Assembly (NCBI GenBank): GCA_002104905.1
Contig: MCFE01000356.1
Span: forward strand, 1 to 64,000
Direction: 5' to 3'
DNA length: 64,000 nucleotides
Source of the DNA: Basidiobolus meristosporus CBS 931.73
Lineage: Eukaryota > Fungi > Basidiobolomycota
The translations under genes and the position numbers were made by a program. Below are positions 44,586-57,935 of the stretch, in pieces; within the stretch, counting starts at the first letter, position 1, and each line of letters starts with the position of its first letter. Under the pieces are notes generated by a model, which saw only the letters and a list, made by a program, of their open reading frames with translations, did no database searches and had not been told where the DNA came from.

Positions 44586-46301
44586 TTATTTTACTTTTGC
44601 AATTACTTTGGTTATGATATTCTTGATGGTGTTGGCAGCTCTCTCACTTTCCGTGAGGGAGTGTGCAGCACTTGGACAGAGCCTGATACTGGGCGTTGGT
44701 ACTGATTTTTCCTGGCAGTGGACATACATCGAGCGAGTCAGTAGTACACCATTTTTGGCTGAATCATCTACAATATGTTGTAGGATTTTTTCTTGATGTT
44801 CGACGCTCAGATCAAGTCTATCAATCAAGTCAGATTGAATACGGATGTGAATGACCGGAGAATATTCGTGACCTTCCCCAAGCGTGATGGTAGGAATAGC
44901 GAGAAGAGCCTTGCGGAAAATAGAGATGTTGGCTCTTAGGGTCCCTATCAGAGAGGAGTCTTTTTGAAGTAGGCTTAAGCCTTTACGCGCACTCACTGCC
45001 AAAACCGCCGGTAACGAAGCCGAGTATGTATAGCCCAATCCAGAGAGTCTTTGGTGATCAATGATTTCCCGACTTCCTACCGAGAATCCACCAGAGGAGG
45101 TGAGAACATGGCACATCGACCCAACAAGGAAATCAATTGCCTCGGTCGGTATACCAAAGTGCTCAGTCACCCCAGCACCACGCTTTCCAAGGACTCCTAT
45201 GGATAAGCTTTCATCCAAAACGAGGCGGTATTTGTATTTGTTTTTCAGCTCGATTAGTTTATCTAATGGCGCGATATCTCCGTAATTCATGTACAGCCCC
45301 TCGACAACAATGAATCGTCGCGACAGCGGGCGCTTGATGAGCTCTTTTTGAACGGTCTGTAAGACTCGCTCAAGATCTTCCATATCATTATGCTTGAAGT
45401 ATTCGACCCTACTTCGGGATATTTGGACCCCTTTTTGTATCGAGAAGTTCACTCCTGCGTCGCATACAATAATATCTCCTCTTTTGGAGTAGGCGGGAAT
45501 CACACTGGAGATGGTAGAGAATCCCTGTGAATAGACGATGGCATCCTCCACACCCAGGAAGTTGGCGATGTCCTTTTCGAGTAGCTTGTGTACATCTAAG
45601 AGAAGGGGGAAGTGAAGATGTGAGTGAAAGCGAGGGTTGACGGTGCAAGAATTTATATCACCTAGCGTGCCGTAAAATCCTGGCGGTCCGCAGGTGCCAA
45701 CACCATACTTTCTTAAGGCATCAATAGCCTCGGCCGTAATCTCTTCGTTAGCCATTAGGCCCAAAAAGTTGAATGAGGCGAGGTTGAGTACAATTCTGCC
45801 GTGTGCTAGCGTATGCCTTGGTCCAGAGGGGCTATAAGCAAAGGATAGGTGAGCAACTGTTCCATAGTAACCTGTCCGGAGAATAATTACCTAGCAATAA
45901 CTGGAACTTTCTCTAGAACCGTTCTGTCATACTCCGAGAGTGTGGGAACCAGCGGCTCTGGTTGCCATTCTTCAACCAATTCCTCTACTTCCTGAATGAA
46001 GAGACATTCAAAGTGAATAAAAGGAATGCACTCTTCCGAATACAGTAGAAACTACCTTCTTAGTTAGCTTTACATAGCTATTGTCTATGCGATACTTCTT
46101 GGCAAGTAAATAGCGAATGGTAAAGAAAACCAGAAACAGCTCGAGGGCCACACGGAAAGGATCGTTTTGGTAAGAGCTCCGTAGGTATTGGACTGCGATA
46201 GTAGAGCCAGGAATATGGATATACAGCGCATAAAGAGCAGACCCGAAGATGCTGAAGAGGTCGGTGACTGGCATGGCGGTAGAATTTGGTGCAACCTCCA
46301 T
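44586..46301 (-). CDS. LCB1: Serine palmitoyltransferase subunit 1, spliced
   Basis: YLRSSYQNDPFRVALE, WQPEPL, NLASFNFLG, YGVGTCGPPGFYGT, RRFIVVEGLY, YSASLP. Confidence 0.95.
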
Positions 46302-46443
46302 GTTGAATAGAAATCGTGGAGAAGCTTTTGAATTGTTGGAAATATATAGTATCGGATCAAGACATGTTACCGAGTAGCAATAAAAACTTTTGTTGCATCA
46401 TCTATTCTCCAAGAGCAGTGTATCGAGAATTTCTCACCAAATG

Positions 46444-46807
46444 TTACTTCTGGGCGTCTGTCGTCGGTGTACCCTGCAGATGCAATTCTGCATTGGTCTC
46501 GGGCTTTAAGAGCCAGCGATCAAAGACTATGTATATGTATCCGTTGAGTTGGTTCAGTGCAGATCTGAGCAAGTCACTCTGTCTATTCCTGATTTACCCT
46601 CCCCTCCTTACTCCATTTTTCCTGGGCGTAGTACAAACATAGCCTGCGGAACATTGAGGGCCTCGGAATAACTTCGCCCTCGGGTAAATGGCATCGCCTA
46701 GATCTGTTTAAATTTCTGCATACACTAAGCGATATTTAGGCTTCTTCCAAATACCAACTGTAATGGAGCATTGGTTTTGGAATTCTTAAGGTATATTCTG
46801 CTACCAT
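46444..46807 (-). CDS. Candidate 73-aa three-exon microprotein, unknown function
   Basis: Exons 46807-46755, 46697-46612 and 46526-46444 join in frame through GT-AG introns of 57 and 85 nt. No family recognised. Confidence 0.35.
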
Positions 46808-47238
46808 CTTGCTGCTCTGTCGCACGTACAGTTGAAATCGGTAACCAGGTCTACCTAATCACGGTGGGTGCAAACAATGCAAACCATTGGTATTTTGGGT
46901 TGGAATGTAGTGTTGCTTATACAAAGTCAAAAATCATGCTCTTCAATCAGTAAATTAGCTACGTCATATTCCTAAACCAAATTTATGTACAACATAAACC
47001 AACTCGAGATTTGAACCAAAAATACTGCTGAATGAATGAGAGGCACTTCAGTTTAAGAAAATCGATTCCTTCAACGACAATTGCATTTTGTCATATCTTA
47101 ACGCAGTAGCTTTCCGCAAATTTGCGGTTTGTCTTGTACCATTCTATTTACCCTTCTCCTTGTTGCCTTTTATTTGTTCTGTAAGTCCTTTTTCGAATAT
47201 CTTCGGCAGACACGTTAGCTATTTGTTTCTATTCTAAA

Positions 47239-49622
47239 ATGGATAGTCAACGTCGTTCTACACACAGATATAACCGGTCACGCTCACCGCCACGTTCCCA
47301 TTCCAAACAACGTAGCAACAGACATGATCGTGAGGTGGGTAGCGATCTGACCAATTCTCCTCGTAAGCGTGAGCGAGATGGAAGCTCTTACCATTCAACC
47401 CGTTCTAGTTCCCGCTATTCCCCCGAACGTAAACATAGGCCCAGATCTCGTTCCAGACACTCTAGAGATGATCAGTCTAGGCGGAGACAACAAACTTCTC
47501 GGAGTGATCATTATTCGCCGCCAAAAGACAAGTACAATGAGCGCTCCGGTGATCGTAGAAGAAGCGAGCCACGTCAAAGAGGGAATGAAAGAGATTCACA
47601 TGACAAGAAAGGCGACGACTCAAAAGAGAACCTGGACAAGGAAAGCTCACAAAACTCGACAGCTCGTAAAAATCGTGACCGGAAAAAGGAGTCGAAAGAT
47701 AAACCGGTACCAACGCGGTCAACAGAGAGGACAGCCAAGAGGGCATCCATTTCCCCCAAGGAATATACCAGAAAAAGCACCAGGGAATACTCATCTAGAT
47801 CAAGCAAGACAACTACTACCGAGACTTCTGAAAAGCGAGAAAAGTATGATTGCAAGGAGCAAACGGAGAGTTCACGTAATCGTAAAAAAAGGGGATCACC
47901 GCCAGCATCAAATCGAAGTCCGTCCAAGAGAGCCAAGCTTTCTGACAAGATAGAAGGGTCTGGGCTAGCATCGGGCGGCACAGCTTCTAACGACAAGTCC
48001 AAATCAGACAAAAGCGAAAGAAGCACAAAGGAAGATATCTACGAGAGATTGGAACAAGTTGGCGAAGGAACATATGGGTAAGTATCTGCGGTGTTAACTA
48101 TATCCTATTGATATGCAACCTCTGTTCCTCACCGACACCAAAACCATAGCAAGGTTTTCAAGGCACGGAATATCACGTCGAACACGGTGGTGGCTCTGAA
48201 GAGAATCAAAGTAGATTCGGAGAAGGATGGGGTAGGCTATCATATCCAGTTGGTACGAAAAACGTGTTCCTAATGATTGAGCATCGTACTCTAGTTTCCA
48301 CTAACGGCGCTTCGAGAGATCAAGCTACTTCAAAGCTTGAGCCACCAGAACATTATCCAGCTGCCAGAGATCTCCTTTCATAAAGGTTTGTATGTATTCT
48401 GGACTGAGACACGCTGTGGTATACACATATATAAGCTGGCTCCCATACAGGATCCCTCTATATGGTCTTCGAGTACATGGATTACGACTTGACGGGCTTC
48501 CTTGCTCATCCCGGTTTGACGCTGAGCACAGCTCATATCAAGCGTATAATGGTTCAAATTCTACGTGGAATCAAATATCTCCACCAGAATGGCGTATTGC
48601 ATCGAGATCTTAAAGGTAACGTAGGATGCGCAACCGATGAGTTCGAATGTTCTTAACCGGCTTTTCCCGTCAGCATCCAACCTGCTCTTAAACAAGCGCG
48701 GTCAGCTAAAACTGGCAGATTTTGGGCTCGCCCGCATATTCGAGAAATGCAAGAATAACCAATACACAAACCGGGTCATTACATTGTGGTACCGGCCTCC
48801 TGAGTTACTCTTGGGCGGGACCAAGTACGGCCCTGAGGTAGACATGTGGAGCGTTGGGTACATCAAATAGCCTTGACTCTGTGTGTAGGCGATGGTGTGA
48901 TACTAACAGCCTGGTCTATCAACAGGTGCATCATGATGGAGCTATTTCTTCGCAAGCCCTTGTTCCAAGGGAAGGACGAAATCTCGCAACTACAGCTGAT
49001 CTACGATCTACTTGGTACGCCGACCCCTGAGAGCTGGCCTACAATATCGAAGCTTCCGTGGTACGCTCTAGTCAAGCCCAAAGAGGTGAAGAAGAGGCGA
49101 TTCGAAGCTGATTTTCAAGAGTAATTTGCCTAAACACCCATGGATGCACCCGACTCCCATCTAATACATCGGTTGTTATTGTTTCATGCCAAACAGCCTT
49201 CTATCACCGGAAGCATTTAGCTTGGTTTCATCTCTGTTGTCGATGAATCCGACTGAACGACCTTCGGCTGAACAAGCACTGCAACACAAGTACTTTACAT
49301 CTGAGAAGCCAGGCCCTTGCGAATACAAAGAGTAAGCAAGTTCCTCAACATTGCACACCCCTCACCCACCTAACCCCTAGCTCGCAGCTTCCCCAAGCTG
49401 GAGGGCGATTGGCACGAGTTTGAAGCAAAGGAGATGAGAAAGAAAAATCAGAAGCAGAACCTTGATGACCTAGCGCCTCGCCCTTCGCACGTAAGCAAGA
49501 CATCCCAAGATTCCTCGGAACAACGTCACAAACATCCCTACAAAGAACACACTCTCCACAGCCGATCCCCCAAATCAGCAGCCCACCAACGATTGGCTTA
49601 CTCAAGAAAACAAGCAACGTAG
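47239..49622 (+). CDS. CTK1: CTD kinase (Ctk1/Lsk1/CDK12-like) with RS-rich N-terminus, spliced
   Basis: [74 protein letters not shown]. Confidence 0.88.
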
Positions 49623-49823
49623 TGCTCCTGGCCCACATTAATTCTGTAGCATATCTCTTGATCCCTTTTCTCAGTTCTAGCATCCCGCCATTTCAACCAT
49701 CCAATAGATTACATGATGAGACAATATAGCATTTACATATGAAATTTAGTAAATAGTTTTGTATCGTATACATAGACTGCGGGCATGGGTTTACATAGAG
49801 GGGTCCTTTAAATTAATGTAAAG

Positions 49824-50779
49824 CTAGGCGATATTGGCCAAGTAATCTTTAACCTCGCTAACGGTTAGCTTTCTGAACTTGCGATGCTCCTCGGAGTCTC
49901 CGCCGCCAATAACCCCTATCTCGATGGAGTGCTCAGTCATCTCGCCCTCATATCCTTCTTTCAATGTGAGGATGGCAGTATGGATCGCGTCGTCTAATTC
50001 CATCTCCTCATTATATCTTGGTTTAAGGTCATGTTACTCGGCGTTCCAAAATTTCAAACATTCTTGTATTATCGACAATGCATACCTCTTTTCAAGGAAG
50101 GTCTTGGCGTTGACCATGTTCTTGCCGATAGCGGTAGCCTTCCATGCCCAGTAAGAGCCCGAGGGATCAACTTGATAGAGTGAGGGGCCCTTTTCATCAT
50201 AACCGGCGACCAGTAGAGACACACCGAATGGGCGTACACCTCTAATAGTGCGATAACAGTTCAGTAAATGTAGAAGAGCATGACTTGTACCTGAATACAT
50301 ACCCTCGTTGAGTGAACTCCTGCATCACACCGGCAACATCCTTCACCAACATGGTGTTTGGTGGATCTTCTTGGTAAACCCGACGGTAAACTTGTGCGCT
50401 TTTTCTAGCTTTATTTACTAACACTCTAGCATCGGGGCCCATACCCGAATATACTAGACCGACATTGGGGCATATAGTGGAGATTTTCTCCACAGTGGTG
50501 GAATCGATTAGAGGAGAGGCGGTTTTCTTTTCAGTAGCAATGACTATTCCGTTCGCGGCTATTCGAAACAATAACATTAGGATTGGTTGGGCAAAGCGGA
50601 AATGAATCTCGCATAGGTCTCAAACATTATACACAGAACGACCAAGAAGGGGGAATGAACGCACCTTTGATCCCGATACTAGTAACACCCTGAGCAACAG
50701 CGTTAAGAGCGTATTCTATCTGGACAAGCTTTCCAGATGGAGAGAAAGTGGTAAGGGAGAAACTGTAACGATCCGACAT
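49824..50779 (-). CDS. PRE8: 20S proteasome subunit alpha-2, spliced
   Basis: [60 protein letters not shown]. Confidence 0.96.
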
Positions 50780-51385
50780 AATGTATGGTTTTCTCGTCTA
50801 AATACTCAAAACCAACTATTATGAATACTTCACACCCTGCCACTCTACAAAACTCTTGAATTGCTAATACGCATTGCTACGATGATTACGTCTTACCCTC
50901 ATGGTCCCCTGTTGTAGAAATTTTTTGGCTAACTGAATGAGTAAGATGTTGGGTTAGTTGGCTAAATGAAAATCAACCTTGTCAAGTGGAATGATTTTGG
51001 CAGATCGGGGCAGATTTGTGAGGATAACCATGTTAATGAAATTAAACCTACGAAATCTTCCTGAAAAACCATAGGATTCAAATATGCTCGGCCATCCTGA
51101 TCAGCCAATCCTTCAGGGCCAACTCATTGGCGGGTAGTAAGGTAGTGCCACGTATTAGGTGAATTAGGGTAATGCATCAGAACATTACTCGTTTATGCTA
51201 ATATAATTTTGGTATCCTAATATGTGGAGTACCAGTCCTTAATCTATCATTCCACCGACTTGAACTTGAGCTTAACAACCGTTCCTCTCCCCTTTTTATT
51301 TCAGTTCCAATTCACTTGCATAGAACCCTAGTGTACGTGCTCATCAAGTAAAAATCCCCATTTTCAGTGACTTGTGCATTTTCGA

Positions 51386-54300
51386 ATGAAGTTCAAGGAA
51401 ATCAAACGTACATCAACTCTGGCCTGGAGTCCACATCAAAACCAGACCTTCATCGCGACTGGTACTGTGGCAGGTGCTCTTGATGCTTCTTTTTCCAGCA
51501 CCACTGAGCTAGAGATTTTCAAGCTGGACCTCAGCGACAAGACTCCCGTGGTAGATGAATGGAAGCCAGAGGTTGTTATCAGTAGTGAGGCCAGGTATGC
51601 GTTGGTTGGTGTTCAGCTTTCGCCAGGGTAATTCTAATCGGTCCCATTCTAGGTTCAACCGTCTTGCCTGGGGTGGTATAACCGAAGATAAGCCTCACGG
51701 CATTCTTGCTGGTGGTCTGGAAAGTGGTGAATTAGTCTTATGGAACGCGGGTGATCTCATCCAGGGCTCAAAGTAAGTGGCAACGGATATCAAACACCGC
51801 TTTGCGCTCTATCCTAATTGCTCTTTAATGTCAATAGAGATTCGGAAAAAGCTCTATTGTTGCGTAACTCAAGCCACTCCGGCTCTGTTAGCGGACTGGA
51901 GTTCAATCCATTCCAGTCAAATCTATTAGCTTCCGGAGCTGGTAACGGCGAGGTAAAGCTCATTTTGGCATAATATTTAGTATGGAAGTGCACTAACAAG
52001 TTATCTATACTAGATCTTTATATGGGATCTGAGCAACCCAACCAAGCCTTATTCACCCGGACCACGCTCTCAAAGACTTGATGATATCACCAGCTTGTCT
52101 TGGAACAATCAGGTTCAACACATCTTGGCCACCTCCTCCACCACAGGATATACCGTTGTTTGGGATCTGAAGAACCGCAGAGAGGTTATGCACTTGGCCT
52201 ATCCAGGCATGTCAAATATGAGTGCGTTTGGTGGGGGAAGACGAGGAATCACTGCAGTTGCTTGGAATCCTGATAACGTAAGCACTTATATCTGGCTCAC
52301 TTATAATTAACCACCTAATCGTCTTCACCCTTGATTTGCAGGCCACCCAGCTTGTAACAGCCTCTGAGGATGACAGCAACCCCACCATCATGATGTGGGA
52401 TCTAAGAAACGCCCATGCACCCGAGAAGGTATCAAGATTTTGTTGAAATCACACAATGCATCCGGATTATCTAACGCACGTCCACAGATCTTGTCTGGCC
52501 ATACAAAAGGCATTCTTTCTTTATCGTGGTGTAAGATGGATTCTGATCTTTTGTTGAGTTCTGGCAAAGATTGCAGAACCCTCTGCTGGAATCCAAGAGT
52601 TGGTGAAGTAGTAGGAGAGGTAACAATTCGATCGATATAGTTCGTACTTTCTTTCCCGGCCAATGCTTACCAGTAATTCTATTAGTTACCCCAAAGCTCA
52701 AACTGGACTTTTGATGTTCAATGGTGTCCCAGAAACCCTAATTTGCTGAGTACCGCCTCCTTCGATGGCCAGGTATTTGTCGTTTCATACGTCTGATGTT
52801 GTGGTGATGAACAGATTTTGATATTTTGCATTCCGTATCAAGATTAATATCTTCTCATTGCAATCCGCCTCTTCTGAAGCTGCATCATTAAACAATGCAC
52901 TAGAGGCTGAGCAACCCGGGGATCCTTTTGCTGCCCAAAGCAGTCCTACCACCACTGCACCATCATTCACGCTGAAACAGGCTCCAAAATGGTTTAGACC
53001 TCCCGTTGGTGCTACTTTTGCATTCGGTGGAAAGCTTGTAATGTTTAGGAATACACACGCTTCTCAAAACCCCGCCCCACAAATGGTAACCATCGCAGAT
53101 GCTGTTACTGAGCCAGAGGTTGTTCAACGCTCGAAGGAGTTAGAGAATGCTCTTGAATCTGGAAATATTCAAGAATTTTGTGAAAAGCGTTCGCAAACAA
53201 TGAATCAGAACGAGCAAGAAAATTGGAAGATCCTGAGAATACTTTTCGAAAGCGACGCTAGAGATCAACTGGTCAAACATCTAGGTTTTGAGAAGGCGGA
53301 GCTTATCTCTCAAGTGACGGAGAAGTTTGGTAAACTGGATTTCGCAGATAAAGTCAGTGCCGAATCTAATGAAGTGTCCGCTGACAAAGAAGAGGCTTCT
53401 CCAGAGCTGAAGGCCAGTGAAACTACGGAGGCTTCAGCGGAGACCGTTCCAGAGGAGGATAAGCCCGAGGGCAAAGAAAGCGTATCAGAACTATTCTCCA
53501 CCTCCGGTGGTGATGACAATGCTGCTCGCAATGATTTCTTCAACGAACAGACTGAGCAGCCTGTTGACTCCAGTTCCTCGGAGCTCACCAAGAAAAAGCC
53601 AGTCGTGAAATCCCCATTCAAGATCAACCCGCAAGAAAACACTGACGTTGATCAACTCGTCACTCGCGCGATTACTTTGGGTGATTTTGAATCTGCGGTT
53701 AGAATTTGCCTGGAAGAAGATAGATTGTCCGACGCCCTTATTCTTGCTGTTTGTGGTGGTACTGAGTTATTGACTCGCACACAGGAAGCCTACTTCAAGC
53801 GTATGAGCAAAACCACTCCTTATATTCGCGTACTTCAAAGTGTGATTACTGGCGATTTGAACGACGTTGTGGAGAACGCTGACCTAAGCGAATGGAATGA
53901 GATTCTTGTCATCCTATGCACATATTCGCGTGCTGAGGAGTTTGCAGGGCTTTGCGAAAAATTAGGCCAAAGAATTGAAGCTGAATGGTTGAAGTTGGCC
54001 CAAGACAAAGACTCTGAGGAGACCCTCGGTGAGCTTAGACAGCACGCAGTTCTTTGTTACCTTGCAGCCGGAAATATCGAAAGAGTAGTTGACATCTGGA
54101 TTGCTCAGTATAAGGAGATTGAAGCCTCAACCATCAAGTCTCTTGAAAACAGTGAAGATGGCGAAAAGTCCGGATCAAGATATTCGTGCCATGCGACTCT
54201 GTTGCAGGATTTTATTGAAAAGATTTCCGTTTTCAAGAAGGCAGTAGAGAAGGAGGAGCCTACGGCCGATGCTGCTGAAGCTGATAGCAATGACGATCAA

Positions 54301-56133
54301 AAGCACACGCTCCCTACTCAAAAACTTGCTCCCTTGTATGAGAAGTATTTAGAATATGCAGAGCTAATGATATCTCAAGGACAACTCTCCACTGCTGTCA
54401 AATATATAAATCGTGCGCCCGATAACGAAGCTGATCATGGCGTTGGTCTCGAGAATTTCTACACTGTTCTCAGGGAGCGGCTCTATTATTCAGGCGTGGA
54501 TGTTTCTGGTATGACTGCACCCCAGTTCCCCTTCGAGCCTGTCTTCATAGGTGGGGAGGGCGAATATCCTCAATATGCTGATACTCAGGTTGCTGAACCC
54601 CAACCTGAACCAGTCCCGGCCGTCAGCACTAATGCGAACGTTAATACTGTGCCTGCTGCCACCACAAACGCTGTACCTGGATCTCAAGTCCCGTCGGTTG
54701 ATTCTGGATTCCAATCAGCACAACAATCGCAACAGCAGATGTACCATCAAAACCCATCCTACGGTAGCCAATATAATTATCAGACGCAAGCTCGACCATC
54801 AGCATATCAGCCTGGGTATGTTCCCCAGCCTGTACAGAACACAATGAACACCTCGACACCATACGATAGTTACGGCAATTCCACAAGTTATAACTCTGGT
54901 CCCTACGGCGGATATCAACAACAACAGCAGCAACCAGTCCAACAACCATTTGTTCCTGGCTACAATGCTCCTTCCACATACAACTCGGGCTACGCTACTC
55001 AGCCGCCCCAAGCTGCCCGTGGCCCATCACCCTCGATCCCACCTTCACAACAACGAAATATTCCTGCCTGGAATGATCCTCCCATGCAAACATTGTCCAC
55101 TCCCGTCAAGAGAAACCCAACACCCAAGGTGAATCCCATTACTTCACCCTTCCCCAATGCCCCTGGGGCCTCTTCACCCAACCAGCCTCCAGTATCACCA
55201 CCCATGGGTGGCCGTACTCTCCCACCACCTCCGATGACCTCGCACTCAAATGCAGGCTTTCCAAATCAAACTTCTGAGCCTCAACCCCAACAGTTTGCAA
55301 GCAATAATCAAGCAAGAAACCCGCAACAGCCCAGTGCTATGTACGGAGCTCCCCAATACAATACAGCGGTTACTCCTGGAGTCCCTTCATCTGGCGTACC
55401 CGGTTACGGCAGTGGATTCAACAACGGCATGAATAACGCGCAAGGAAGACCATACCAGCCATCTATGCCAAATGCTGCTTCCCAGATGGTACCCAACCCA
55501 CCATCGGCAGCCCAACAACCGGCCCCTCCGGCCTCATTCAATCCACCCCAAAAGACTGTGTCTCCTGCGCCACAGGCTCCCCCGAAGCCAAAATATCGTA
55601 AGTACAGGAAATCAGTCTGACCACCAACCCTATCACAAGCTAAACTACTTTTTTGCTGCCCCTCAGCACCTGGTGATCGTTCCAAAATCCCAGCTGCCCA
55701 TAAGCCGATCTTCTCCATGCTTAGCAACGAGTTGCAACGCATCAAGCAGAGTGCACCTGTAAGATAAGATTCATTTTTGTGAAGCAAGCTGGCCATGCAT
55801 TTTCTAATCGGATGCCATTCAAGCCCAACCAAAAGAAGAAGGTGGATGATGTCGAAAAGCGGTTGAACAACCTGTTTGATGCTTTGAATTACGAGCAGCT
55901 CAACTCAGATGTGATCGACCAAATGCTTGCCCTGACCCAAGGTTTGTATTAGCACCCAGTGACCCACGCAAGCTCCATACATCTAACACCTTTGGACATT
56001 AGCATTGGAGATGCGTGATTTCAACACAGCCCAAAAGATCCATGAAGGCTTGGTAAAGTCCCATACTGTGGAACCCTGGATGGTTGGTGTGAAGTTCCTT
56101 ATTGTGATGGTGCGGGAAAGCTGTGGCATGTAA
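51386..56133 (+). CDS. SEC31: COPII outer coat protein Sec31, spliced
   Basis: [27 protein letters not shown]40 repeats, [22 protein letters not shown], Pro-rich region with AWNDPP, C-terminal [11 protein letters not shown]. Confidence 0.96.
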
Positions 56134-56361
56134 AGCTATCGCGCATGTATCGATTTCGCTTAGTATGATTATCCCAACTTCTCAAGTAGATATATATGTT
56201 GTTGAACTTTATATTTATCAGCAAAACACTAATAAATGTTCAGAGGGGCATCTCAAATGTGTACAAAATTAATGGCCGTTCCATTGGTGTATACATACAT
56301 AGAGGGGGGGGGGAGTGAATTCTACAAACGGAGGGGGATGAATGCTACACTGGGTCGACGG

Positions 56362-57411
56362 TCATACTTTTTCGGCCGCGTCTTTGGATTTCATGAATTC
56401 CTTCTGTTTGGACTCTAAATCTTTGATGTGGGTGTAGTACGCACTACCGGCTAGAATGATGCCGATCCCGCAGATTCGTGAAGTGGTCAGAATCTCCTCG
56501 AAAAAGTATACGGCAAGGATGGTTTGTAGAATCCCACGGACAGTCGACACGGTTATGTGTGCGACCGGCGTGGTTACCTTGATCTGCAAGAAGCCGGCAA
56601 TGTTCGATAAGAATCCAAAGAATCCGGTAATCAGTACGCCCACTATGAACGTTGAGACTTGCGCACGATTCTCTTGAGATCCGAATAACGAAAATAGGCC
56701 GGGGATTTCGCTATTCAGAAGGATTACAGGTACCAGAACGACCGCCGAAAGAAGAGTGTTGTAGTATACAAGCTCCATCGTGTTGTTATTCACAACCTCG
56801 AGCGACTTCTTGATGAGAATAGCATGGGTGGCAGTGGTTACACTGGAAATAACCCCGAATATGATCCCAGTAATGCAAGTGTTAAGGGAGTTCAGCTCTC
56901 CCAAAACCCCAATCAGGAAGCCACCACACACCACAGCACACGCTGTGTTGACTGATGCTGAGCATCTGTTTTTGAGAACGATCCAACTCAGAATCAGGGT
57001 AAACGGCAGAGCCAGCGAGCGAACCACTTGGTAGAAAGACACGTCCAAATATTGTAAGCAAAGGGTATTGAAAGCGAGCCCAACCACATTGATGACGATC
57101 AATGGCATGAGTGAAATGCAGGTTCGGAATTTCAGCTTGGGGATGACGAAAAGGTTAAAGGCGCCACTGACATGGAGGAGGCACACCACCAAGACGGTCT
57201 GAGCCCACAAGTAGGTTATTGGTACGGAGATAACGTTTAAAACCCACTATAATTTGGGTGGTTGAGTCACAGGTCCTGTCAGTACACGAGTTTACCCACC
57301 TACTTTGTTGGTCAGAATCATCACAAGTCCGGTTGTTACGTAAAAGGACACCGAGAACGTGGTAAGTTTACGGTCCACCTGTTCGGCATCCTTGCTAACG
57401 TCGGAATCCAT
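56362..57411 (-). CDS. Nucleotide-sugar transporter, GDP-fucose transporter (SLC35C1)-like, one intron
   Basis: FNTLCLQYLDVSFYQVVRSL.LPF, FGVISSVTTATHAILIK, LQIKVTTPVAH, about 9-10 TM helices. Confidence 0.8.
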
Positions 57412-57935
57412 TAAATTCGGAAGGTATATAAAGGGAAAGGCAGGTAAAAATGGTTAGAGGTAGAAGGATTAAAGGGCCCGTATACCACGAGAAAGCAAGC
57501 ACGGGAAAATAGATGCCAAGGTGCAGATCAGAGGTCACCCATTGATTGTAAGCGCAGTAGATACAATGAGGTACACAATATCCAATAATTTGACCAATGA
57601 TTCGTCCAGTATTGGATCCTCATTGTGTGTGAATGAAGTCAAGGGCGTCTTTTCACCTCAATGGTTTGCTTTGATGCCGTAGTTGGGTTATTATGGGAAG
57701 GTCATCTTATGTAGATCCAATTGGTTCATAATGCCCAGGATTACCTAATGTCTTTGAAAGCGTTAAACCCTGATTCAAATGATAATCCTTGTTACACCAC
57801 GGCCCGCAATTCTGGACATACATTTCATGCCATCCTCAATCCGGCAAGTGATGAAAAGAATATAAATGTTCTCGTTAATGCAATTCTGAATTTCATCCGA
57901 TATCTATTCATTACTCCGTTTGTTTCCAAACTTTT

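Noticed and set aside
32594-46301. Sphingolipid or lipid gene cluster (ceramidase, P450-like, Sec14-like, LCB1)
   Set aside because: The genes are interleaved with unrelated CSL, CENP-M and RRP40, and no shared regulatory motif was seen; compatible with chance.
46526-46640. Small SPT subunit (ssSPT/Tsc3) next to LCB1, from EKWIFD..LL resembling ERTVFN..LV
   Set aside because: The required transmembrane helix after the motif is absent, and the similarity is too short.
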